The notes: generated by a model from the letters alone, not told the origin. A DNA stretch of 64,000 bases from Candidatus Bathyarchaeota archaeon (GCA_963833125.1 CAWHWX010000016.1:160001-224000), one strand, 5' to 3'; numbered from the stretch's first letter, positions 51,087 to 61,777 are shown. Program-made: numbers and translations.

Positions 51087-51803
51087 CTAGCCGTACATTC
51101 CACGCAACGATCGTGCTGTTTGCAGTAGCCGCTTGTCTATCTCTTCCTCAATATCCGCCGCATCATATTCCAAATCCTTTACGTCCACTTTGAGTCCGTA
51201 TGCTTTGGATACGGCTTTGATCGCGGTTGCCGCGGCCTTAGGGTCTGCGTGCTCTGCAGAGGCGTAGGGTAGAACGGCGACGGCTGGGAAGCCTTGTTTT
51301 TCGAACTCCCCAAGCATGACGGCCAAGGGTCCATAAACGAACAGGCCCGGTTCCAAAGTTGTGTGTTTCATCTTGACGGTTTTAGGCGGGTATCTGGCAG
51401 TTGGAACAATCCGGATCCCATCCGATCCCTCCTGGAGACTCGCATCCAAACCGCCTATCATCACCGTGTCTCTGAATTTATTGTTCATAGCCCACTGGGC
51501 GAGCGTCTTTGCAAACTCAGACTCTTCAGTCCTATGTGGTGAAAATTCGAGCTTTACAAGCACAATCCTTCCTGCCTGGTAAACTTCGAACGGTGTGACC
51601 AGTCCCGTTTCGGAAGTGGCGATGAATGGGGGTGGATGAGCTACATCTACGAAACCAATCCTCTTAGCTTTCAAGGCGTGAACGAGGTATGAGACCGAAA
51701 TGTAGCCTGTCTCGCCTACGCCATGGAAGCCAGTTATCAGGGTGCTATTTCGTAGGTTCTTGGCTTTGACCATGAAATTAACGGGCAAACGTATTTTCCT
51801 CAA
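51087..51803 (-). CDS. PAC2-family proteasome assembly chaperone
   Basis: ITGFHGVG..G, IGG, GP, DPKAA and C-terminal MYG (HbYX-like). Confidence 0.85.
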   Translation of the reverse strand: MRKIRLPVNFMVKAKNLRNSTLITGFHGVGETGYISVSYLVHALKAKRIGFVDVAHPPPFIATSETGLVTPFEVYQAGRIVLVKLEFSPHRTEESEFAKTLAQWAMNNKFRDTVMIGGLDASLQEGSDGIRIVPTARYPPKTVKMKHTTLEPGLFVYGPLAVMLGEFEKQGFPAVAVLPYASAEHADPKAAATAIKAVSKAYGLKVDVKDLEYDAADIEEEIDKRLLQTARSLRGMYG

Positions 51804-52050
51804 GTGTTCCCGAGAATTATGAGAACGATTTCTTGCGCATGTCCGGACGAATATAATAACTTCGCTAGCTTCTCGTTCTGAACGCGGTGAGCCTTCAAAG
51901 AAGCAAATCGAACAATTCAGTCGCTGAGACGATCACAAAGGGCGATTATGAACCCTTTCTCGCAGTCCAAGACCTCGTTTGGAGTGAATTAGAAAAATAC
52001 TTATGTACGGCGGATTTTTATGCTGTGGTAGTCACCTGAGGTAACAAAAA

Positions 52051-53686
52051 ATGTCCTATTTGACAGGTCAACCCGTATACATATTGAAAGAAGGTTCAAC
52101 TCGTAACCGCGGCCACGATGCACAGCGGAGCAACATAACAGCTGCAATCATCGTTGCCGAAGTTGTCAAGACCACTCTTGGTCCGCGCGGAATGGACAAG
52201 ATGCTCGTCGACAGTTTAGGCGACGTAACCGTCACAAATGACGGCGCTACGGTATTGGACGAGGTGGACGTTCAAAATCCTGCCGCTAAGATGATAGTTG
52301 AGGTCGCGAAGACGCAGGATGATGAAGTAGGGGATGGAACCACAACTGCTGTTGTGCTTGCAGGTGGGTTACTAAAGCGTGCGCAGGATCTTCTCGACGA
52401 CGAAGTTCATCCGACTACAATTGTAGCGGGTTACAAGAAAGCCGCTGATAAGGCGATCTCGATTCTCGACTCGCTTTCTGAAGAAGTCAAGGCTGATGAT
52501 AAGGTGGCTTTGAAGAAAGTTGCCATGACCGCTATGCACAGTAAAGGTTTGGGCGGAGCACGTGAACACTTCGCGGATATCGCAATCGAAGCCGTGCAGC
52601 AAGTGAAGGAGAAACGAGGCGATTCTTGGTATGCTGACATAGACAATATTCAGCTGGTGAAGAAGGAAGGAAAGAGCCTGCTCGATACCCAGCTTGTTAG
52701 GGGAATTATTGTCGACAAGGAGGTTGTTCATCCGGGCATGCCGAAAGAGGTCAAGAACGCCAAGATCGCTCTGCTCGACGCGGCATTAGAGATTGAGAAA
52801 ACTGAGATTTCCGCCGAGATTCGAATCAACGACCCATCCCAGATGAAAGCATTTCTCGATGAAGAGACGCAGTATGATGAAGGAAATGGTTAGCAAGATT
52901 AAGGCTTCAGGCGCCAACGTGGTCCTCTGCCAGAAAGGAATCGACGACACAACACAACACTACCTAGCCAAGGAAGGAATGCTGGCTGTAAGAAGGATCA
53001 AGAAATCCGACATGGAAAAACTTGGGAGGGCAACTGGAGGCAGAATCGTAACAAACCTAGACGACCTCAAAGCCGGGGACCTAGGAAAAGCTGACCATGT
53101 CGAAGAAAGAAAGATTGGAGACGACAAGATGGTGTTCATAGAAGGATGCAAAGATCCAAGATCCGTCAGCGTACTGATCAGAGCGGGCCTCGAACGCTTA
53201 GTCGACGAAGCTGAAAGAGCATTGAAGGACGCTCTCTCAGTCGTAATCGACGTGGTTCAGAAGCCCAAAGTAGTAGTTGGCGGAGGCGCAATTGAGGCTG
53301 AACTCGCCAAGAGACTCAAGGAATATGCGAGCAAAGTGGGTGGACGCGAGCAACTAGCGATAGAAGCTTTCGCCGAAACGCTCGAAACCATTCCAAAGAC
53401 GCTGGCAGAAAACGCTGGCCTCGACCCCATCGATATCATGGTCGCCCTCCGATCAGCGCACGACAAGAAAGAGGGCGTAAACCAAGGCGTAGACGTATTC
53501 AAAGGCGGAGTGAAGGATATGAAGAAACAAGGAGTCGTAGAACCGGTTAGGGTTAAGGAACATGCGATCCGTTCGGCAGCAGAAGCCGCCTCAATGATCC
53601 TTAGAATCGACGATGTGATCGCCGCGGCAAAGCCACCACCGACTCCGCCACCAAGAGGCGGTGGCGGAGAGATGGGTGACTACTAA
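52051..53686 (+). CDS. ths: Thermosome (group II chaperonin) subunit; frameshift near 52870
   Basis: [31 protein letters not shown] and LRIDD. Confidence 0.96.
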
Positions 53687-53761
53687 AATCCCTTCTTTCC
53701 CCTCGTACGCACGCTTAAAATAGATTGTAACCGCGTTAGTCGGCTTGCTCCGGGCTTTAGG

Positions 53762-53888
53762 GCTCCGGTAGAAGCTTAAGCTACCGAATATAGCCCGGTC
53801 AAGTCGCGTGACGCCGAAAGTATGTTGGCCTCTCGAGTTATGGAGAGAGTCAGCGACGTCGCGGGTTCAAATCCCGCCCGGAGCACCA
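53762..53888 (+). tRNA. tRNA-Glu(CTC) with three BHB/BHL introns at 10/11 (53772-53788), 20b/21 (53802-53818) and 37/38 (53836-53847); CCA encoded
   Basis: Spliced sequence: GCTCCGG TA GTAT AGCCCGGTCAA GTAT G TTGGC CT CTC GA GTCAG CGACGTC GCGGG TTCAAAT CCCGC CCGGAGC A CCA. TATA (TTAAAA) at ~53715 and a T-tract after the gene. Confidence 0.9.
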
Positions 53889-53956
53889 CAAAATCTCTAT
53901 TTTTTCCAAATGGATTGAGTATGGTCAGTTCAGGGTTCGAGCCAGAGAAATTGTGG

Positions 53957-54280
53957 CTACCGGTGCCTTCGGTCTCTTCCCGCTTTGTTCTGCTCTCTTT
54001 GCCAACTTCGTTTCCGGCTGGTTTCGATCCGCGTCCTGCCGGATCCGAAAGACCCTGCTCCGCCTCGGTATTGCTGGACTTGGGAGTAGAAGTCTGGGAA
54101 TCCATCCGCATTGTCAGCGAGGGTTGATATGAGTCCGTTGAGCCTTGACCTGGCCTCGTCGGATGCATTTTCATCCCAAGCCTTCGAATAAACCTCGTAA
54201 GCAAGATGGAACTTGAAATCCTGCGGCCGGTCAATCTCTAGCTTGATCGGCGTCTTCTTTTCGTCGTTCCCTTCTTCCAT
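53957..54280 (-). CDS. Hypothetical protein with basic C-terminal tail
   Basis: 107 aa, ATG start, upstream TATA-like TTAAATAA; helical N-terminal part and Arg-rich tail. Confidence 0.65.
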   Translation of the reverse strand: MEEGNDEKKTPIKLEIDRPQDFKFHLAYEVYSKAWDENASDEARSRLNGLISTLADNADGFPDFYSQVQQYRGGAGSFGSGRTRIETSRKRSWQREQNKAGRDRRHR

Positions 54281-54372
54281 GTTGCACAGTTCCGCATATC
54301 TAGATAGCAGGTCGAGTTATTTAACGCCACAGGAAAAAACAATCAAAGAGTTCAATCGTTGATTGCCTTGTT

Positions 54373-55168
54373 TCAGCTTGCATCCTTGGTAATGCGCGAG
54401 TCCACAACTTCTTTGTCTCTTTCAGGCAATTCGTACCATTGTTTCCTTTCGCCTACTTTTGATCTAAGCTTCCAGCGAGTACTCTTAGGGGCATTGTCTA
54501 TTCGGGCCTTCAAGGCTTCAATACGATTACGAACGGTTTTCTCTCCGTCTTTGTCGAGTGGATACTGAGCGAGTGCGTTCGATATGTTTCCCAGGTTTAT
54601 CATGAATGTTTTGTATATACCCCAATCATCACCGCATAACCTTGCAAGATACTGACCGTTTATCGCGTCCGGCGTCTCTGTATCGGTAATCTCGTGGTCG
54701 TTGATGAGTGATATTATGTCTCGGTACTCTCTTTCGGTTATTTCAACGACCTGAAGTTTGGTCGCCAGCAGGTCTGCGAGGGGGATCGTGTATTTGTCGA
54801 TTAACAGGCGATCTTTGAAATCCAGTTTATGACACATTTCGAATACGTCCAAGAAAATGTCGACCCGTCTTCCATTTTCAATGTCATTGAAGATGAGTCG
54901 TGTGTCTCCATGCAACGCGTTGAAGATATCACGCGGCGTGTAACCGAGACCTATGAATAATTTCTTCATGCCGCTGCGCCTGCTTCTTCAGGCCCATGAA
55001 ATCTATGTCAGCATATTTACGGGATAAGGACCTGTGCGTTGCGCTTGGCGAGTGAAACCGAACCGCCAACCCACCAAACAGTCGCAGGGTTATCTGGTTC
55101 TTGTCGGCTTCGTCGATTATCCGCTGGGCCTCTTTGACTATGTCTGTTTCTGGCGTTGAATTCGGCAC
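54373..55168 (-). CDS. Uncharacterised nucleotidyltransferase-family protein; frameshift near 54972
   Basis: LRLFGGLAV..H...RKYADIDF, then VDIF, DLLATKLQ and CGDDWG. Confidence 0.75.
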
Positions 55169-55343
55169 TGATTAATCACAGGAGGATGCGTATGCCGTGG
55201 AGAGCGAATATAAGGCGTTTCATGCGGTTCTACCGCGCCCATTCAATATAGGCGTGTGAGCTCGCAGAATTCGCTCTGTTCCACTCAGGAACGCGATGGT
55301 GCTAAGCTTTTTCAGACTGGGGTGCATGAGGCACACTGTGTTT

Positions 55344-55450
55344 GGGCCCGTAGCTCAGCTAGGCTAGAGCGACAGACTACGAATGTCGAAGCTCATATGA
55401 GGATCGGAGGAACCTGCTGGTCGAGGGTTCGAATCCCTCCGGGCCCACCA
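55344..55450 (+). tRNA. tRNA with CAT anticodon, most likely tRNA-Ile2, with introns at 30/31 (55376-55390) and 37/38 (55398-55411); CCA encoded
   Basis: Spliced sequence: GGGCCCG TA GCTC AGCTAGGCTA GAGC G ACAGG CT CAT AA CCTGC TGGTC GAGGG TTCGAAT CCCTC CGGGCCC A CCA. The GGGCCC acceptor is Ile-type, not the initiator A1-U72. Confidence 0.88.
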
Positions 55451-55545
55451 ACTAACGAACTTTGAAGTCTCTTCATTTCTTGGGATATTCAAGCTTCGAT
55501 ATTCGTACTACCGATGACGGCTGCATTTGTCAATATTGGTAAGCA

Positions 55546-56721
55546 GTGGCAGGTGTAATAAGCGGACGGCGTTTTCGAAGTTCGACGGATATGTCAGGCA
55601 AGAAGGCCGATCTCGCTGGTCCGGGAATCGGAAATTATGAGGATCTGGATAAGATTCTTCCGAACGGTTATAGTTCTCTTCTGAACCCAAAGGACACGCA
55701 ACGAGCCATTTTCGCTGCAAAGAACTACATCGAAGAGAACCTTTGCAAAGAACTCAATCTCATGATGGTTCAAGTTCCGTTGATAGTCGATGTGGAAAGC
55801 GGAGTCAACGATATGCTTGACCGCGACGGTTCACGGACGCCGGTTCAATTCCACATCTCTAACGACTATAACAGGCACCCCATCGACGCACAGGTCGTCC
55901 AGGCCGCAACAAAATGGAAGAGAGTGGCCTTGAAGCAGTTCGGGATGAAAGTTGGAGAGGGGATCTGCACAGATATGCGGGCTGTTCGTAAGGACTACTT
56001 CCTAGACCATGACCACAGTGCCTACGTGGATCAGTGGGATTGGGAGAAAGCGATTACCGAGGAGGAAAGAAATCTCAGCTACCTGAAGGATACCGTCCGC
56101 AAGATTTGGAAGGTGCTCAAAGGTGCGGAAACGCATGTACAGAAGACATTCCCACAACTCAAGACTAACAAGTATCCAAACCTACCCGACGAGATCACAT
56201 TCCTACACGCCGAAGACATTCTCGACAAATATCCTGATATGCCACGGAAAGAGCGCGAAACTGCGATTCTCCAGAAGTATCCTGCGATCTTCATTATTGG
56301 AATCGGTTGGGTTCTGAAAGATGGTTACCCACATGAAATGAGAGCCGCAGACTACGACGACTGGGTCACTGAGACAAGATCGGAGGAGGGAAAGCCGATG
56401 CATGGGTTGAATGGCGACATCCTTGTCTGGAATCCTGTGACAAAGCGTCGGCACGAACTCACCTCAATGGGCATTCGCGTCAACGCTACTTCTTTGAAGA
56501 AGCAGCTTGAGCTTTCAGGACAATTGAGCTTCCTGAACTTTCCGTACCATCAAGGCATCATAAACGGGGACCTGCCTCTCAGCATCGGAGGCGGGATCGG
56601 GCAGTCTCGCACGTATATGTATCTCCTCCGGAAAGCGCACCTTGGCGAGGTCAGCGTTAGTGTTTGGCCGAAGATACTGAAAGAGATGTGCGCAAGAAAG
56701 AACATACATGTTATAGAATGA
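55546..56721 (+). CDS. asnA: Aspartate--ammonia ligase (AsnA); start may be ATG 55591
   Basis: GVND.L, KWKR, GEG..TDM.A.R, HS.YVDQWDWEK, RAADYDDW, LNGDI, SMGIRV and SIGGGIGQSR. Confidence 0.95.
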   Translation: MAGVISGRRFRSSTDMSGKKADLAGPGIGNYEDLDKILPNGYSSLLNPKDTQRAIFAAKNYIEENLCKELNLMMVQVPLIVDVESGVNDMLDRDGSRTPVQFHISNDYNRHPIDAQVVQAATKWKRVALKQFGMKVGEGICTDMRAVRKDYFLDHDHSAYVDQWDWEKAITEEERNLSYLKDTVRKIWKVLKGAETHVQKTFPQLKTNKYPNLPDEITFLHAEDILDKYPDMPRKERETAILQKYPAIFIIGIGWVLKDGYPHEMRAADYDDWVTETRSEEGKPMHGLNGDILVWNPVTKRRHELTSMGIRVNATSLKKQLELSGQLSFLNFPYHQGIINGDLPLSIGGGIGQSRTYMYLLRKAHLGEVSVSVWPKILKEMCARKNIHVIE

Positions 56722-56725
56722 GTTG

Positions 56726-59125
56726 TTACATTGAAAATGCTTGGAAGCGCTTTGCTGTTTCGGCCATCTCCCTCAAACGTTTGTCAACGAGCCCGTAGAT
56801 AGTATTCTCTTCATAGCCACCATTCGGGAGCGCTTTCCCAGCAGGGACGCCAGTTAATACCTCAATTCCTTCCTCGATTGTTGACACCGGGTAGACGTGG
56901 AATTTGCCGGCCTTTACCGCGTCCACCACTTCTTGCTTCAACATAAGGTTACGAACGTTGCTTTGGGGAATCACTACGCCATGTCGTCCGTCGAGCCCCC
57001 TCGCCTTGCATACTTCAAAATATCCCTCAATTTTCTCGTTAGCGCCGCCAATTGGTTGCACCTCCCCTTTCTGGTTAACTGACCCCGTAACAGCGAAATG
57101 CTGCTTGATCGGAACGCCTGACAGTGCGGAGAGAAGTGCGTACAGCTCTGTACTAGAGGCGCTGTCTCCTTCCACTCCTTCGTAGTTCTGCTCAAACACG
57201 ATTCTGGCGGACAACGTGAGAGGTTTGTCCCGCGCGAATTTCGAGGCGATATAGCCAGCAATTATCATAATCCCCTTACCATGTATCGGGCCGCTCATCG
57301 CTACCTCTCGTTGAACATCAACTAACCCATCCTTCCCTAACCCCACGGCTACCGTTATGCGCGATGGAGCCCCGAAGGAGAAATCGCCTAAGCTGAGAAC
57401 AGAAAGGCCGTTAATTTGTCCGGTCGCCTCGCCATCGGTGGATATGAAGATGATATTCTTCTCAATGTATTCTCGCAGTTTCTCTTGTATCAAATTCGAA
57501 CGATAGATTTTGGCCTCAATGGCTTTCTCTACGTGGTTTGCCGTGATATATTTCGAATCGTCCTGTTGAGCGTAGAAATGAGCTTCACGCACAACATCGC
57601 CGACCAAACCAAATTGCGTCGAAAGTTTGTCCTGATCATCTGCAAGCCTGCAACTGTATTCGATGAGACGAGCGACCGCTGAGGCGTCTGAGTGCTTCAG
57701 GTTTTCATTCATGGCGAGGGTGGTGAAGAACCCTGCATAGTTCCGTATATTGGCCTCAGTCTTCGCCATCGTCGAGTCGAATTCCGCTTTTACCTTGAAT
57801 AGCTCTCTGAATTCCGGATCGTATGCGTACAGCAACTGGTACATAGTCGAATCCCCAATGAGGATCACCTTCAATTCCAACGGAATCGGCTCGGGGGCGA
57901 GTGACCTGACGCTCGCGTAGCCAATCCGCTGTGGCAAATCTTCTATACGAATCTCTCCAGACTTTAGAGCTCGTTTCAGCGAGTCGTAGACGATTATGTC
58001 GCGAAGAAGTTGTTCGGCGCGCATTACTAGGAAGCCGCCGTTCGCACGATGGACTGATCCACCTCGAATTAGCGTGAAATCAGTTGTTAATGTTCCAAGC
58101 TGGCTCTCTCGCTCAATCCGTCCAAGCACGTTGTCGTAAATTGGGTTTTGCTCGACGACAATGGGAGCACCCTGGGTCCCAGAATTGTCTGCAATTACGT
58201 TTACGTCGTAGACTCGGAATCCTAATTCTTCTGCATATTCCTCCTTAGCATCCTTCTTCTCACCGCTCGTGCCGCGAAATCGATCAATGTCCTCGCCGAT
58301 ATGTGTCTGGATTCTGTGCAGGAATTGGACAATTTCTTCATGTGGTTTGTATTTCTCAAGCAAGCTGGACATTAAGTGGTCGATCGCGTACAACGTGACA
58401 TCTTTATCGAATTCAGCGATCTCGTTCCGTGCTGCGGTCTCCAGGTCGCGGAGTTCCCGTACTAATGGTTGTAGCTTCTCCGTAAGGGCTTCCCGTTGTT
58501 GTGTGAGCTTCTGTTGAGCCTCCTTTGGTAGGGAGATGAACTCATTCGCCTTCAGGGGCTTACCCTTGATTACGGGTACAAGTGACATTCCAACGGGTGT
58601 CAGTTGAAGTATGAATCCTGCCTCTTCTGCAGTCTGGCCCATACGTGTGATTATGTCTTCTCGTTTTGCGTTTACTTTTTTGATTATTTCTTCTCGCTTG
58701 GTTGCGTAGTCTTCACCCTCGAATACTTGATGAATGGCGATCCGTGCGGCCGCGATCAGCTCTCGCATGTCTTGTTTGAGCTGCTTTCCAACTCCTGGCG
58801 GACAACGGAGTTTGTTCGGTTGGTATTCATCTTCAAAATTGTGGACGTAACACCAATCCATAGGCGTTGCTAACTTCTTCGCGAGGTCTTCCAAAAAGTC
58901 AGTTACGGTCGTTGTTTTTCCGGTTCCTGAAGGGCCCGCTACGAAAATGTTGAAGCCGATTTCCTTAGCTGAAAAGCCTAGAGATAGAGCTTGGTAGGCA
59001 CGTGGTTGGCCCACCATCATTTCTAGGGGCTTTAATTCCTCGGTCGTCTTTGCTCCAATAATCTTAGGGTCGCAAGTCCAACGAAGAGCGGTGATCGGAA
59101 GCTCGGATACCATAGCCTTCAGCAA
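56726..59125 (-). CDS. Soluble Lon-like ATP-dependent protease (LonC/AAA_32 type)
   Basis: GQPRA, GPSGTGKT, DWCYVHNF, HRANGG, GQINGL, GDSAS (Ser) and EKIEG (Lys); coiled-coil insertion, no TM. Confidence 0.92.
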   Translation of the reverse strand: MLKAMVSELPITALRWTCDPKIIGAKTTEELKPLEMMVGQPRAYQALSLGFSAKEIGFNIFVAGPSGTGKTTTVTDFLEDLAKKLATPMDWCYVHNFEDEYQPNKLRCPPGVGKQLKQDMRELIAAARIAIHQVFEGEDYATKREEIIKKVNAKREDIITRMGQTAEEAGFILQLTPVGMSLVPVIKGKPLKANEFISLPKEAQQKLTQQREALTEKLQPLVRELRDLETAARNEIAEFDKDVTLYAIDHLMSSLLEKYKPHEEIVQFLHRIQTHIGEDIDRFRGTSGEKKDAKEEYAEELGFRVYDVNVIADNSGTQGAPIVVEQNPIYDNVLGRIERESQLGTLTTDFTLIRGGSVHRANGGFLVMRAEQLLRDIIVYDSLKRALKSGEIRIEDLPQRIGYASVRSLAPEPIPLELKVILIGDSTMYQLLYAYDPEFRELFKVKAEFDSTMAKTEANIRNYAGFFTTLAMNENLKHSDASAVARLIEYSCRLADDQDKLSTQFGLVGDVVREAHFYAQQDDSKYITANHVEKAIEAKIYRSNLIQEKLREYIEKNIIFISTDGEATGQINGLSVLSLGDFSFGAPSRITVAVGLGKDGLVDVQREVAMSGPIHGKGIMIIAGYIASKFARDKPLTLSARIVFEQNYEGVEGDSASSTELYALLSALSGVPIKQHFAVTGSVNQKGEVQPIGGANEKIEGYFEVCKARGLDGRHGVVIPQSNVRNLMLKQEVVDAVKAGKFHVYPVSTIEEGIEVLTGVPAGKALPNGGYEENTIYGLVDKRLREMAETAKRFQAFSM

Positions 59126-59194
59126 AGATGCCGTTCTGTGTTGCTATTTACCTTTTGTAGAAAACTGGCCCGCCTCGCCACGCAAGTCGGGCCT

Positions 59195-59524
59195 TTACGA
59201 GATCTGGGATTTGGCCTCGTCGATTCTGACTGGTCTGTGCGTTATGGGGTTTATCCATAAGTAAGGGTCTTCCCATCGATCGGTAAGTTCAACCTTTACT
59301 GGGTGGTCACATTTTGTGCATCGAGGGCCTCTAGATTCGAATATCGTCTCGGGACACCGGCAGTCACAGCCTACATGCTCCAGAATTAGTTTGGATCCTT
59401 CATATCGAGGAATTCTTGGCGGGCTGCAAGCTTCGCAGAAGGTTTCCACTTCCTTAGACCTCACGATTGCGAATCGACGGTAATACGGTAGAGAGATGAG
59501 TGAAACTTCTCCTAGAACTTTCAA
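59195..59524 (-). CDS. Small Cys-rich hypothetical protein (probable Zn finger)
   Basis: CEAC, HVGCDCRC and CTKCDH. Confidence 0.55.
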   Translation of the reverse strand: MKVLGEVSLISLPYYRRFAIVRSKEVETFCEACSPPRIPRYEGSKLILEHVGCDCRCPETIFESRGPRCTKCDHPVKVELTDRWEDPYLWINPITHRPVRIDEAKSQIS

Positions 59525-59552
59525 AGTGGAGGCTTGTGGACTCTAGTTTGCT

Positions 59553-61667
59553 CTATGGGTCAGTTCTAGCCAGAGGTTTTTCTAGTTTCAACCCGTAGCG
59601 TTCACGTATCTTTGCGGCTAACTTCATCATGTCGAATCCGAAGATTTCCTTCAGTTCTTCCAAGGTTAGTTCCTCACTCTCGGTCATGTCGCTTACCGTG
59701 ACTTGCCGGAATAGAGTTCGCTTCCGCTCCAGCACGTCACGCACATGTTCCTCGATGGTGCCCTTGACTACGAAGTTCACTGCAAGTACCTTATTGGTTT
59801 GGCCAATTCGGTGGAGGCGTGCGATTCGCTGCAACAGCCTAGCAGGATTCCAGGGCAAGTCATAATTTACGACCACATCAGCAGCTTGTAGGTTCAGGCC
59901 AAACTGTCCAGCGTCCGTGCTCGCAAGGACTCTGTAGATAGGTTGTTCCGTGAATTTGTGCAGATTGGCGATTCGTTCGTCGCGCGAAAGTTGCCCATGG
60001 TACACTAATGTTGGGATTCCCTTGCCCTCTAGCTCTTCCTGTATGAGATTAACAACTGGGACAAATTGCGAGAAGATTACTATTTTATGGGATTGCTCCG
60101 TCAAGTCCTCGACGAGTTCCCTTAAGCTCGACTAGCTTTGCGTTCTCGGGTTCAAGTCTAGCGACCGCCCGTAGTAACTTTTTGAAGATTGGCGATTCAC
60201 GGAGTAACTCGGCGTCACGGGTGTTCTGCGCTGCTTCCGTCGAAGATAGCCCGCTATCATGCTTATGTCGGCGCAAGCTTCTCGGAGAAGAGTGTACAGT
60301 CTAAGTCGGTTGGATGTGAATGGATTCGGCCCTTCGTGTTCGGTAGTGCTGAAAGCGTACTCCTCAAGGACCGTTTCGCTTAAACTCTCCTGGAGTATAT
60401 CGTAAATCGTGCGTTGGTTTCTCGCTGGTTCAGTGTACACATACTGCATGGTCAGTGAGGGCAATTGCCTCAGCACTTGGGCTTTCGTACGACGGATCGA
60501 AACTGCCTTGAGTTCTTTCCTAAGTAAGGGTAGATTTTCAGGGTTAATGATTGGTCGGTAGGATTGCCATCCCTGTCCCGACAATTTCAAGGTGAACCTC
60601 GCTAGGAAGTCTTCATGGTATCGTCCGAAGAAACCTGGCCGCACAATATTCACTATATTGTAAAGTTCGCCGAGATGGTTTTCGAGCGGCGTGCCAGTCA
60701 AAGCGATCACGTTTCGTACTATCAGTTTCTTCACGGCCTCACTCGTTTGCGTATCCAAGTTCTTGACGCGGGTTACCTCATCAAGTATCAAAGTATCGAA
60801 AGCTCTCTGCATTATCAGATCCGCATCCGTGCGAAGCAGCTCGTAATTTACGACGACTAGAGGATCGTCATACAATCTGCTGCGTTCCCGAATGGAGCGC
60901 TTAGACGTGACTATGGTGGGTTCGAGGTTGAATTTCTCAATAAGTTCCTCCCGCCACTGGTCGACAACTGCGTTCGGTGCTACGATCAGTGCTCGGGAGG
61001 CCTTTCTGAGCTTCTCTAGTTCAATCAAAGCACTAGTCGCTGAGATAGTTTTGCCCAATCCCATTTCATCAAAAAGGCAGGCGCGGCCGTCGTTTGCTAG
61101 AATGAATTGCACGGCTTTTCGCTGGAATGGGTAGAGGGTGACGTTGATGTTTCTTGGAGCCCGAGTTTTACGCAGGCCCGTTTCTTTTTGCGGGAAGTTC
61201 TTGAGTAGGAGTCGCACGCCGTCTCGTTCGAATGCTGTTTTCGCGAACTCCAGTGACCCTGCTTGCCTGAGTCGATAGCTGTCATAATATGGGCTCCAAA
61301 CAACATACGTTTTGAAAGTCCAATCGTCGAGAATATCCTTCAGTGAGTCATCTTTCAGTGGTCTAACCCACACGTACCCTTCCGGGTCGTATTCTAATAC
61401 CACGGTTCGGTGTTCGCGAATCAGTTTGAGGGCTTGAGGGGAGTATTCCAGTTTCAAGCCAGATTGGCGGTATGTTTCTTGCGCGAGTGTAGGATTGAGC
61501 GTTACAGGGTGATGGAAGAAACCATCTCGAAATGGCGTGAGCTCAATCAGCGACCCGAAATTCGGTTGTGGTACGTGGATCTCGGGCTGCACTCTCAGTG
61601 AGGGGGCCACAACAACCTTCACGTACCTTATCCGCTTCGGCGCTTCAACCGCTTGCTCTTTCTTCAA
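59553..61667 (-). CDS. SNF2-family helicase; frameshifts near 60210 and 60105
   Basis: LYPFQ, DEMGLGKT, NYE, LDEVTRVKN and LTGTPLEN; C-terminal KIVIFSQF, GLNLQ.A, YDLPWNP..L.QR..R.HRIGQ and TIEE. Confidence 0.9.
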
Positions 61668-61777
61668 GTCGCCCGTGCATCCCGAATAGGCTGAAACTGG
61701 GATGTAATTCAGCGCCTAGATTTGAGCATCTCGGAAGGGTGCGGGTCTACATCCGGTTGAACAGAACGGGAGCTAGG

